Made by a program: the position numbers and the translations under genes
Source: a virus
Lineage: Duplodnaviria > Caudoviricetes
Direction: 5' to 3' (one strand)
Length of the DNA stretch: 28,473 nt
IMG/VR virus record: IMGVR_UViG_3300030376_003823
Coordinates: 1 to 28,473 of that record
Part shown: positions 1 through 8,141 of the stretch, in pieces
Position numbering within the stretch: position 1 is the stretch's first letter
Layout: each line of letters begins with the position of its first letter
Notes under the pieces: generated by a model
What the model saw: only the letters and a program-made list of their open reading frames with translations
Told to the model about the DNA's origin: nothing
The model's database searches: none

Positions 1-40
1 GTGGACTAAAACTTTATAATGACATTAAGGAGGTGTTATA

Positions 41-1039
41 ATGGCAATACGAGCACGATCAAACAACGGAACTTATTTGATTGATGTTACACATAAAGGT
101 GTACGTTTCAGAGATACTTTTGCTGCTACAGAAAGTCATGCAAAAGTTATCGAAGCAACTGCACTTGATGCACTTGTTAAAGGTCAAGATCCAAGTGAGG
201 TTTTACGCAATGTATCACCTTCTTCACGTCAAAACCTATCCATGAGTGGATTACTTACACAAACGATTAATAGATATTGGCAAGATAAAGACACAAAACA
301 ACTTTATAATGCTAATATTGTAGTTGATATTATTGGTAAGAATACACACATAAAAGATGTTGATGAAAATGTTGTTGATAATCTTATTATCCAGCTAATG
401 AATAAAGGTAATTCAAATGGTACGATCAATAGGAAACTAGCTGCACTTTCAAAGATGCTCACGTTTGCATGGAAAAGGAAACTCATTACTTTTAAGCCAA
501 CTATTGAATGGCTTAAAGAAGGTAAAGGACGTAAACGATTTTTTACAGATCAGGAAGAAAAAAAATTAATACAGATATTAAGACACGCAGATTTTAATTA
601 TTTTGCAGACTTTGTAGAAGTATTGATTGATACTGGTTTTAGGAAATCAGAGCTTATGGGTCTTGAGAAACGAGATATAATGAATGGTAATGCAACAGTT
701 TATGATACTAAGAATGGTCTCAATAGAACTGTACCACTTACAGATCGAGCTCAAAGAATACTAAGTAAATATGAAGGTGATAAACCTTTTGCAGGATTTA
801 GCGATAATGATGTTAGGTTCCAATGGAATTATGCACGCGAACTTATGGAATTATCAAAAGATAAGCAATTTGTACTTCATGTTTGCAGACACACATGTGC
901 TTCAAGATTAGTGCAACGTGGCGTATCATTATTAGTTGTGAAAGAATGGCTTGGTCATAAATCACTTTCGCAAACATTAGTGTATGCACATCTTGCACCT
1001 AACAATTTACAAGAAGCAGTGAAAGTGCTAAATGGTTAA
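41..1039 (+). CDS. int: Tyrosine recombinase / phage integrase
   Basis: Catalytic R-K-H-R-H-Y set: TGFRKSE, TKNG, HVCRH, WLGH, VYAH; strong SD TAAGGAGGTG just upstream of the ATG. Confidence 0.95.
   Translation: MAIRARSNNGTYLIDVTHKGVRFRDTFAATESHAKVIEATALDALVKGQDPSEVLRNVSPSSRQNLSMSGLLTQTINRYWQDKDTKQLYNANIVVDIIGKNTHIKDVDENVVDNLIIQLMNKGNSNGTINRKLAALSKMLTFAWKRKLITFKPTIEWLKEGKGRKRFFTDQEEKKLIQILRHADFNYFADFVEVLIDTGFRKSELMGLEKRDIMNGNATVYDTKNGLNRTVPLTDRAQRILSKYEGDKPFAGFSDNDVRFQWNYARELMELSKDKQFVLHVCRHTCASRLVQRGVSLLVVKEWLGHKSLSQTLVYAHLAPNNLQEAVKVLNG
1006..1034 (+). promoter_or_regulatory. Possible host sigma70 promoter for the tRNA, inside the int 3' end
   Basis: TTTACA (1006-1011), 17 bp spacer, then TAAATG within GCTAAATG, resembling alphaproteobacterial -10 elements that lack the -7 T; 13 nt upstream of the tRNA. 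Confidence 0.3.
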
Positions 1040-1047
1040 TTTGGTTA

Positions 1048-1132
1048 GGCCTCGTGATGGAATGGTAGACATAATGGACTTAAAATCCATGCCCTTTTGG
1101 GAGTGCCGGTTCAAGTCCGGCCGAGGCTACCA
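1048..1132 (+). tRNA. trnL: tRNA-Leu, anticodon TAA, with encoded CCA
   Basis: Acceptor stem GGCCTCG/CGAGGCT (G1:U72), D-loop GGAATGGTAGA, anticodon stem ATGGA/TCCAT with loop CTTAAAA (TAA at 1081-1083), long variable arm, T-arm GCCGG-TTCAAGT-CCGGC, discriminator A, CCA at 1130-1132. Confidence 0.95.
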
Positions 1133-1257
1133 AAGCTGAGACATACGTTGTGACATATGTCTCAATAACGGAAGGAGTAAGATAAAGAACGGCGGGAAAA
1201 TAAGGAATATTTTATGTACTATCATCAACGCATAAGACTTAAAATATTTATTGTAGA

Positions 1258-1275
1258 TAATACATCAGTGTATTA
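1258..1275. promoter_or_regulatory. Palindromic operator-like site, copy 1 (TAATACA-TCAG-TGTATTA)
   Basis: 7-4-7 inverted repeat; same core recurs at 1313, 3792 and 10204. Confidence 0.6.
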
Positions 1276-1312
1276 ATCAATATTACCTTACTTTTCTATT
1301 AAAAAAAATCAA

Positions 1313-1330
1313 CAATACATTAGTGTATTA
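1313..1330. promoter_or_regulatory. Palindromic operator-like site, copy 2 (CAATACA-TTAG-TGTATTA)
   Basis: Same motif; occupies the -35/spacer region of the extended -10 element at 1333-1341. Confidence 0.6.
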
Positions 1331-1332
1331 AA

Positions 1333-1341
1333 TGATATAAT
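1333..1341 (+). promoter_or_regulatory. Extended -10 host promoter (TG-A-TATAAT) for the RNAP gene
   Basis: Perfect TGnTATAAT 43 nt upstream of the RNAP ATG. Confidence 0.55.
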
Positions 1342-1384
1342 ATTTTAATCTTGTGACATATATTTGTGACACGGAAAGGTATAG

Positions 1385-3790
1385 ATGAATTACAATTTAG
1401 AGCGCAGACAATTAGAGCTTGAAGAAGAATCAAAACTAAATGGTGGTAAGCGAACGATGGATCGCATACTGAAGCATGTAGAGAATAAATCAGAATCATT
1501 AACAACTTATGGAAAACGCATAACTTCTGCTACAGTTAATAAAGTAGCTATTGCAATTAAAGAAAAACTATTAGAAGTTAATACTGGTCCTAAATTAATA
1601 TCACATGAGAAACTAAAATTAATAGATCATTATACTGCAGCCACAATAACCATACGTTTTATTGTAGATGCTATCAGTACAAAAGGAAGAAAATTTACAG
1701 CAACAGCAATTGCATTAGGTGGTAAGATTGAAGATGAAATTTGGGCGAACGAATTACATGAATACAATCCATATTTAATAGAAAAAGTAATTGATGATAT
1801 TGATTCTCGATCTGTACATTATGGTTATAAAAAATTTAAATTAAATCAAACACAAAAAAAATTAAGTTATGAGTATAAACCTTGGACTACTAAAGAGAAG
1901 CTACATGTTGGTGAAGCTTTATTTGGTATATTCATACAAGTAACGGGTGCAATTAGTATAAAACCAAAACCATATAGAGGTAAAACATATAACGTAATTG
2001 TTTGTGAAGATAAAACTCTTGAATGGATAAGTAACTCAAATAACTTTAATGAATTTTTAAATCCTGAGCATTTTCCGATGGTCGTTCCTCCACGCGATTG
2101 GTCAACTCCATTTAATGGAGGTTATCGCAGAACTAAAGGGATATTCCTAGTTAAAGGACACAGAATAACATCTCACATGAATTATCTTGAAGAGCTAAAA
2201 CAATATGAAATGCCAGAAATATACGATTCAATTAATTCTTTGCAGCAGACTAAATGGAAGGTTAATAGTAAAATACTACAAGTTTTAAAGACTTGTTTTA
2301 ATGATGGCAATAGAAGTAGAGGTAAATTAATAAATAATGAATTAGTTGATTTACCAAATAAACCACATGATATTGCTACCAATAAAGAGAGTTTAAAAAA
2401 ATGGAAAGCACAAGCTGTTGCTGTTTATACAAGCAATGAAAGAACTAAATCTAAAAGACTAGCACTTGCAAAAACAATTTATCTTGCAGAAAAGTTTGAA
2501 GAGTTTGATAACATATATTTTGTTTGGACATTAGATTTTAGAGGACGTGCATATCCTGTTCCACCATATTTAAATCCACAAGGACCTGATTATGCAAAAG
2601 CACTACTATCATTTGGCGAAGCAAAAGAATTAGGTGAATCAGGTGTTCGTTATCTTGCTATACATTTAGCTAATGCGTATGGTTACGATAAAGTAAGTCT
2701 TAATGAAAGAGTACAATGGGCAAAAGATAATTCAGAAGTAATTAAACAATGTGCTGACACACCATTTGAAAATAAATTTTGGGAAGAAGCAGATAAACCA
2801 TTTCAATTTTTAGCAGCATGCTTTGAATGGGCAGGATATTTAAAAGAAGGTATAAATTATAAATCAGATTTATCCGTTCATTCTGATGGTTCATGTAATG
2901 GTTTACAACACTTTAGTGCAATGCTTAGAGATGAAGTTGGAGGTAAAGCTGTTAACTTATTACCTTCAGATCAACCAGAAGACATTTATGGAATGGTTAC
3001 TGATGTAGTTAAAACTAAATTAAATGCTGATGATTCACTTTACTCTAATAATTGGAAGTCCGTTGGCATAACAAGAGATGCTAGTAAGAGGAGTGTGATG
3101 ACTCTTCCTTATGGTTCAACTAGATATTCTGCAACGGAATTTGTAGACGAATATATACAGAAACGTCTTGATAAAGGTGAAGAGTTAAATTTTAATGATC
3201 GTCAAAAGCAAGCTATTTATTTAGCTGGTCAAGTATGGCAATCTATTGGTGATGTTGTAGTAAAAGCACCTGAAGCTATGGAGTGGTTACAAAAAGTAGC
3301 AAGACTTTGTGCAGAACAAAAGACACCAGTATTTTGGTTAACACCTTTAGGATTTCCAGTACGACAAGCTTACTATTCTTCTGAAGAAACTGTTGTCAGA
3401 ACAAAGATGATGGGAAGAATAAGAATAAGATCAACAACAAACAAAGTAGATAAGAGACGACAAGCAAATGGTATTTCACCAAATTTTGTGCACTCGCTTG
3501 ATGCTACTGTGATGTTGCTTACAACTAATTATGCCAAACAAAAAGGCGTAGAAAATTTTGCGATGGTTCATGATTCATTTGGAACTCATGCAGCAAATCA
3601 AGAATTATTAAATGAATGTTTAAGATTAGCATTTGTAGATTTATATTCACAAATAGATCCGCTTGAGGCTTTTCTTGAATATGCGTTACAAATAATTCCT
3701 GAAAAACACCATCACAAAATACCTGAGTTACCACAAAAAGGTAACTTAGATATTAATGAAGTATTGAAGGCTGACTATTTTTTCAGTTAA
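1385..3790 (+). CDS. gp1: T7-like single-subunit DNA-directed RNA polymerase
   Basis: Motifs LDFRGRAY, DGSCNGLQH (A), RDASKRSVMTLPYG (B), PNFVHSLDA, HDSFGTH (C); 801 aa. Confidence 0.97.
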   Translation: MNYNLERRQLELEEESKLNGGKRTMDRILKHVENKSESLTTYGKRITSATVNKVAIAIKEKLLEVNTGPKLISHEKLKLIDHYTAATITIRFIVDAISTKGRKFTATAIALGGKIEDEIWANELHEYNPYLIEKVIDDIDSRSVHYGYKKFKLNQTQKKLSYEYKPWTTKEKLHVGEALFGIFIQVTGAISIKPKPYRGKTYNVIVCEDKTLEWISNSNNFNEFLNPEHFPMVVPPRDWSTPFNGGYRRTKGIFLVKGHRITSHMNYLEELKQYEMPEIYDSINSLQQTKWKVNSKILQVLKTCFNDGNRSRGKLINNELVDLPNKPHDIATNKESLKKWKAQAVAVYTSNERTKSKRLALAKTIYLAEKFEEFDNIYFVWTLDFRGRAYPVPPYLNPQGPDYAKALLSFGEAKELGESGVRYLAIHLANAYGYDKVSLNERVQWAKDNSEVIKQCADTPFENKFWEEADKPFQFLAACFEWAGYLKEGINYKSDLSVHSDGSCNGLQHFSAMLRDEVGGKAVNLLPSDQPEDIYGMVTDVVKTKLNADDSLYSNNWKSVGITRDASKRSVMTLPYGSTRYSATEFVDEYIQKRLDKGEELNFNDRQKQAIYLAGQVWQSIGDVVVKAPEAMEWLQKVARLCAEQKTPVFWLTPLGFPVRQAYYSSEETVVRTKMMGRIRIRSTTNKVDKRRQANGISPNFVHSLDATVMLLTTNYAKQKGVENFAMVHDSFGTHAANQELLNECLRLAFVDLYSQIDPLEAFLEYALQIIPEKHHHKIPELPQKGNLDINEVLKADYFFS

Positions 3791-3791
3791 T

Positions 3792-3810
3792 CAATACACT
3801 AGTGTATAAT
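3792..3810. promoter_or_regulatory. Operator-like site, copy 3 (CAATACA-CTAG-TGTATAA), overlapping TATAAT
   Basis: Perfect 14-bp palindrome ATACACTAGTGTAT (3794-3807) in the RNAP-SSB intergenic region; TATAAT at 3805-3810. Confidence 0.6.
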
Positions 3811-3830
3811 AGGTACACCCTTTAGAAATA
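3809..3830 (+). promoter_or_regulatory. Possible divergent (class II-like) phage RNAP promoter
   Basis: ATAGGTACACCCTTTAG aligns to the 26-bp promoter repeat only with a 1-nt gap and several mismatches; a position upstream of SSB is typical. Confidence 0.25.
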
Positions 3831-3849
3831 AAATATTTAATGAGGTTAT

Positions 3850-4398
3850 ATGGAAGATAAATATTTAAAAATAACTACACCACTTGGAATAGCTAAGTGG
3901 CCTTGGCTTACGAAAGCAGATACTAAGTTTGATGCTAATGGAGTATTTAAAACTGATTTATTACTATCATCATCAGATACAAAAAGTATTGCTAGCCAAA
4001 TAAAAGCTTTTTATGAAAAGCATTTTCCAAATTCAAAAGGAAGAATGCCTTATAAAAAAGATGTTGATGATACCGGCAAAGAAACAGGTAATTATATTTT
4101 TAAGTTTAAAACTAAAAATAAACCAGCTGTTTTTGATGCAAGTGGAAAACCAATGAAAGACATAAATGTATTTGGTGGTTCAAAAATAAAAGTATCGGCA
4201 ACAGCAGCACCTTACAGTGCAGCAGGAAACAAAGGCGTTACGCTTTATTTAAATGCTGTACAAGTAATTGAGCTTGTAACAGGTGATACAGGTTCGTCAA
4301 CTAGCTTTGGCTTTAATGCTGAAGATGGTTATACGCATGAAGCAGGAGAGACTGAAAGTGTAGAAGAAAACACTGAAAGCTCTGCTGATGACTTTTAG
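3850..4398 (+). CDS. gp2.5: Single-stranded DNA-binding protein (T7 gp2.5-like)
   Basis: TPLGIAKWPWL, GGSKIKV, GVTLYLNAVQVIEL, acidic C-terminus ending DDF; SD GAGG. Confidence 0.93.
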   Translation: MEDKYLKITTPLGIAKWPWLTKADTKFDANGVFKTDLLLSSSDTKSIASQIKAFYEKHFPNSKGRMPYKKDVDDTGKETGNYIFKFKTKNKPAVFDASGKPMKDINVFGGSKIKVSATAAPYSAAGNKGVTLYLNAVQVIELVTGDTGSSTSFGFNAEDGYTHEAGETESVEENTESSADDF

Positions 4399-4813
4399 AG
4401 GCAATTACACAAGTAAACGTGCTCGTTCCTTAGGATTTAGATCAGGTTTTGAAATTAATATTGCAAAACAATTAGATAATTTAAAAGTTAAGTATTCATA
4501 TGAGTCTCTTAAAATTAATTATATTAAACCAGTTAAGCAATCTTATTATAAACCTGATTTTATCCTTGATAACAAAATCATTATTGAAGCTAAAGGATTA
4601 TTTAGTAGCAAAGATAGACAAAAACATGTGCTCGTAAAAGAGCAGCACCCTGAACTCGACATAAGGTTTGTGTTTAGTAATTCAAAAATAAAATTAAATA
4701 AAAAATCTAAAACTACATATGCAATGTGGTGTGAAAAGAATGGATTTTTATATGCAGATGAAAGGATCCCAAAAAGTTGGCTGTATGATAAAAAAGACAG
4801 GATTAAAAAATAG
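4388..4813 (+). CDS. gp3: Endonuclease I / Holliday junction resolvase (T7 gp3-like)
   Basis: FRSGFE, YKPDF, IIEAKG, DIRFVF, TTYAMWCEKNGF motifs. Confidence 0.93.
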   Translation: MTFRGNYTSKRARSLGFRSGFEINIAKQLDNLKVKYSYESLKINYIKPVKQSYYKPDFILDNKIIIEAKGLFSSKDRQKHVLVKEQHPELDIRFVFSNSKIKLNKKSKTTYAMWCEKNGFLYADERIPKSWLYDKKDRIKK

Positions 4814-5141
4814 AGAAAAAACTAACTGCATACAAATTGTACGAACGAATACTACTCCAGATGTAGATTTATCTAAACACGATTTAAATAAGCAAGAATT
4901 AGAAAAAGGAAATTTAGGTATAGGTCATCATTTTATAATTAAGCTTGATGGTACTATAGAAAAAGGAAGAGACATTAATAAGATCGGTAGTGGTCGTGAT
5001 GATGCAATATCATTGTGTGTTGTTGGTGGTCTAAATGAAAACAAAGAAGAAGATAAAAACTACACAGAAAAACAACGTGTGTCGTTTGGTAAAATAATAG
5101 ATTTTGTTTACAAAACTTATGGAGTCAATGAAGTAGTATGA
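4785..5141 (+). CDS. gp3.5: T7 lysozyme (gp3.5 amidase) homolog, predicted catalytically inactive and C-terminally truncated
   Basis: REKTNCI, GIGHHFIIKLDGTIEKGRD, ISLCVVGG and NYTEKQ align to T7 lysozyme; Zn ligands are absent. Start placed at ATG 4785 by alignment rather than 4719. Confidence 0.8.
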   Translation: MIKKTGLKNREKTNCIQIVRTNTTPDVDLSKHDLNKQELEKGNLGIGHHFIIKLDGTIEKGRDINKIGSGRDDAISLCVVGGLNENKEEDKNYTEKQRVSFGKIIDFVYKTYGVNEVV

Positions 5142-5686
5142 GAATTATTTTGGAAGGACCTGACTGTTCAGGCAAAACAACTCTTGCAAAACATTTATTA
5201 AATGATTTTAAAAATTATAAATATATTCATAACAGTTTAGATGATAACAAAAATTTTGTGTGGCGTAATGAAGATAGAAAAATAATATCTACACATAATT
5301 CATTATATTATTCACATGTTAATTCACTTAAACATCATCGTAATGTTATTATAGATAGGTTATGGCCTAGTGAATTTGTATATGGAAATTTATTTAGAAA
5401 TAAAATTGAATATAATATTAAAGATTTAAAAAAACAAATACAAAAATATAAACCAGTTTACATTGGGTGCTTACCACCAAAGCATCTTGTTTTAAAATTT
5501 TTCAAAAGAAGATTAAACGATAACGATGAGGATTTTGATACAGTCTCAAATGTTTACGACATGTATGAATTTTTATTTGACACATGTAGTGAATTTTTTC
5601 TTTTTGATTATGAAGTTGAAACAGTAGCACAATTTACAAGGAGGTTTAAAGATGAATATAAACACAGTTTGGCAAAAACTAATTAA
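5138..5686 (+). CDS. P-loop deoxynucleoside monophosphate kinase (thymidylate-kinase-like)
   Basis: IILEGPDCSGKTT Walker A and IIDRLWPSEFVYG (DR motif of the dNMP kinase family); ATGA overlap with the upstream gene. Confidence 0.85.
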   Translation: MRIILEGPDCSGKTTLAKHLLNDFKNYKYIHNSLDDNKNFVWRNEDRKIISTHNSLYYSHVNSLKHHRNVIIDRLWPSEFVYGNLFRNKIEYNIKDLKKQIQKYKPVYIGCLPPKHLVLKFFKRRLNDNDEDFDTVSNVYDMYEFLFDTCSEFFLFDYEVETVAQFTRRFKDEYKHSLAKTN

Positions 5687-6398
5687 AGATTTAATAAAAG
5701 AAGTTGGAACTTATAGTCCACGTGGTTCTGCTACAAAAGAAATATTAGGTTATCAAACTATTATCGACATGAGTAATCCGTTTTTAGATATACCAAAAAG
5801 AAATCTTGGTAAAAATTTTAGATTTGCAGAAGCTGCGTGGATATTATCAGGAGATAATCGTGTTAAAACAATTGCACCATATTCTAAAATGATAAGTATT
5901 TTTAGTGATGATGGAGTAAGATTTTTTGGAAGTTATGGTCCAAAAATAATAGATCAAATCTCATATGTTGTAGATACGTTAAACAAAGATGAACAATCAA
6001 GACAAGCAGTTATAAATATTTGGAGAGAAAAACCTGGTCCAAGTAAAGATATACCTTGCACTTGTAGTTTACAATTTTTAATTAGAAATAAAATGTTGCA
6101 TTGTGTGGCAACAATGAGATCAAGCGATGCTTGGTTAGGTTGGCCTTATGATGTTTTTAATTTTACTTGTGTTTCAATCTATACACTTCTGCAATTAAAA
6201 CACCTACACAATAAAATATATGCAATAGGTAATTTAACCTTAAATGCTGGATCACAACATCTTTATGATAAAAATTGGGAGTTAGCTAGACAATGTAGAT
6301 TTAGTGATGTTGGTAATGACAATTATAAAATACCTTTTGGAAATTTTAAAGAACCAGATGAACTAATAGAATATTTGTGGAGTAATGCACGTGGCTAA
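5652..6398 (+). CDS. Thymidylate synthase-family protein, predicted dCMP hydroxymethylase/methylase
   Basis: SPRG (R24), FAEAAW (E60), SRQ, DIPC (catalytic C136), MRSSD, GWPYD (D167 at the ThyA N177 position), SQHLY; SD GGAGG. Confidence 0.85.
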   Translation: MNINTVWQKLIKDLIKEVGTYSPRGSATKEILGYQTIIDMSNPFLDIPKRNLGKNFRFAEAAWILSGDNRVKTIAPYSKMISIFSDDGVRFFGSYGPKIIDQISYVVDTLNKDEQSRQAVINIWREKPGPSKDIPCTCSLQFLIRNKMLHCVATMRSSDAWLGWPYDVFNFTCVSIYTLLQLKHLHNKIYAIGNLTLNAGSQHLYDKNWELARQCRFSDVGNDNYKIPFGNFKEPDELIEYLWSNARG

Positions 6399-7953
6399 TT
6401 TTGTTAAACATGAACCGTGTCCATCATGTGGATCAAAAGATAATCTTGCAAGATATGATGATGATTCGGCGTATTGTTTTGGTTGTGAGTATTATGAAGG
6501 AGACAAAGAATTTTTTGAAGAATATCTAGGTAAGGAGAAACCATTGAATAATTTAGGAGAAATAAAACATCTAGCAAAAAGAAAAATATCATTAGAAACT
6601 TGTAAAAAATATAATTATAGAGTTGGAACATTCAATGACAAAAGTTGTCATATAATGGATTATGGTGCAGCAAGTAAATTCAGATTTAAAGATAAAAGTT
6701 TTAGTTGGAAAGGTGATGCTAAAGCAGCTAAGCTTTTTGGTGAAAAATTATTTAAGAACAAAGACGGTAAACGAATTATAGTTACTGAAGGTGAGATTGA
6801 TTGTTTAAGTATCAGTCAAGTGTTTGGTAATAAATGGGAAGTTGTTTCAATTAAAAATGGTGCTGCTTCTGCTGACAAAGATATTAAAGGAAGTTTAGAA
6901 TTTTTACAATCATATGAACAAGTAGTATTTTGTTTTGACCAAGATACAGTTGGTCAACAAGCAGCAAAAAAGTGTGCTGACCTTTTTACTCCGGGTCAAG
7001 CACGCATTGCTGTTCTACCTTTAAAAGATGCAAATGATATGCTTGTCGCTGGTCGAGTTAAAGAATTAATACAATCTATATATGATGCTAAAGTTTATAG
7101 ACCTGATGGTATTATAGATGGTGCATCTTTATTTGAAGAAATATCTACAAAAGATACTAATGATTCAGTTCCTTATTGTTACAAAGAATTAAATACTAAA
7201 ACATATGGATTACGTAAAGGTGAATTAGTTACTATTACTGCTGGAAGTGGAATTGGTAAATCACTAGTATGTAGAGAAATAGCTTATGATTTAATTGTAA
7301 ACCATAATAAAAAAATAGGTTACATTGCACTTGAAGAGTCAGTAAAGAAAACAGCATTAAGTTTATTATCTATTGATTTAGAACAACCACTACATATTAA
7401 TAATGATGTAGAAACAAAAACATTAGAACAAAGTTTTAATAAAGTTTTATCAAAAGGTAATGTGTTATTCTATGACCATTTTGGTTCATTAGAATCTGAT
7501 AACTTAATTAATAGAATAAGATATTTAGCAATAAGCTGTAACTGTGATTATATAATTTTAGATCACATAAGTATTGTTGTTTCAGGTTTAGAAGGTGGTG
7601 ATGAAAGAAGAGCCATTGATAATGCAATGACTAAACTTAGATCATTGGTAGAAGAAACAGGTATTGGTTTAATACTAGTATCACACTTAAAAAGACCACA
7701 AGAAAAAGGGCATGAAGAAGGTGCACATACATCTTTATCACAACTTCGTGGATCTGCGGGTATTGGACAATTAAGTGATATAGTTATTGGATTAGAGAGA
7801 AATCAACAAAGTGATAAAAATTCTCACATCACTACATTACGTATTTTAAAAAATAGATTTAGTGGTGATACCGGTAAAGCCGGCCAACTAATTTATAATC
7901 CAATAACAGGAAGATTAATAGAGTATGATAACAATCTCGAAGAAGGATTATGA
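6391..7953 (+). CDS. gp4: DNA primase-helicase (T7 gp4-like)
   Basis: Zn finger CPSC...CFGC, TOPRIM EGEID and FDQD, KDAND, Walker A GSGIGKS, LDHIS, SHLKR, LRGSAGIGQLSD, KNRFSG. GTG 6391 is preferred over ATG 6385 for spacing from SD GGAG (6379-6382). Confidence 0.96.
   Translation: MANFVKHEPCPSCGSKDNLARYDDDSAYCFGCEYYEGDKEFFEEYLGKEKPLNNLGEIKHLAKRKISLETCKKYNYRVGTFNDKSCHIMDYGAASKFRFKDKSFSWKGDAKAAKLFGEKLFKNKDGKRIIVTEGEIDCLSISQVFGNKWEVVSIKNGAASADKDIKGSLEFLQSYEQVVFCFDQDTVGQQAAKKCADLFTPGQARIAVLPLKDANDMLVAGRVKELIQSIYDAKVYRPDGIIDGASLFEEISTKDTNDSVPYCYKELNTKTYGLRKGELVTITAGSGIGKSLVCREIAYDLIVNHNKKIGYIALEESVKKTALSLLSIDLEQPLHINNDVETKTLEQSFNKVLSKGNVLFYDHFGSLESDNLINRIRYLAISCNCDYIILDHISIVVSGLEGGDERRAIDNAMTKLRSLVEETGIGLILVSHLKRPQEKGHEEGAHTSLSQLRGSAGIGQLSDIVIGLERNQQSDKNSHITTLRILKNRFSGDTGKAGQLIYNPITGRLIEYDNNLEEGL
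6531..6546 (+). promoter_or_regulatory. Internal ribosome-binding site and in-frame TTG (gp4B-like isoform start)
   Basis: TAAGGAG at 6531-6537, TTG at 6544 in frame, just after the Zn-binding domain. Confidence 0.6.
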
Positions 7954-8134
7954 AGTATATTTAACTAATTTAATATTTGCAGCTGTAAAAGAAGTTGAAA
8001 AATCGTCAAGATCAGTAATTATTCCGGTGCACTGTGACCACGACTTACTAAAAATAAATTTAATGCTTAATGAATTAATATTTCAATATCCAGAAACTAT
8101 AAACATTACTGCAGAAAAATTAACAACACACTAG
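7925..8134 (+). CDS. Small hypothetical protein
   Basis: 69-aa ORF filling the gap between gp4 and gp5, overlapping gp4; no motif recognised. Confidence 0.55.
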   Translation: MITISKKDYEVYLTNLIFAAVKEVEKSSRSVIIPVHCDHDLLKINLMLNELIFQYPETINITAEKLTTH

Positions 8135-8141
8135 GAGGATT

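Larger units (their letters stand above)
1137..1373. other. Probable attP: candidate core GACTTAAAAT (1236-1245) flanked by arm-type repeats
   Basis: The core duplicates tRNA anticodon region 1077-1086. TGWGACA(TA) repeats lie at 1137-1145, 1149-1157, 1156-1164 (inverted), 1352-1360 and 1365-1371, on both sides of the core and directly downstream of int. Confidence 0.7.

Noticed and set aside
1048-1132. tRNA as a host gene marking a prophage boundary
   Set aside because: Phage genes flank it on both sides and arm-like repeats lie on both sides of the core, consistent with unintegrated attP.
1137-1164. Inverted repeat TGAGACATA...TATGTCTCA as an intrinsic terminator
   Set aside because: No U-tract follows; better explained as arm-type repeats, though a dual role is not excluded.
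4719-4784. Upstream extension of the gp3.5 ORF
   Set aside because: Overlaps gp3 and has no similarity to T7 lysozyme; the alignment begins near ATG 4785.
5652-6398. Annotation as ordinary ThyA thymidylate synthase
   Set aside because: Asp rather than Asn at the specificity position, and divergent folate-side motifs (no IWxxW, no PFN).
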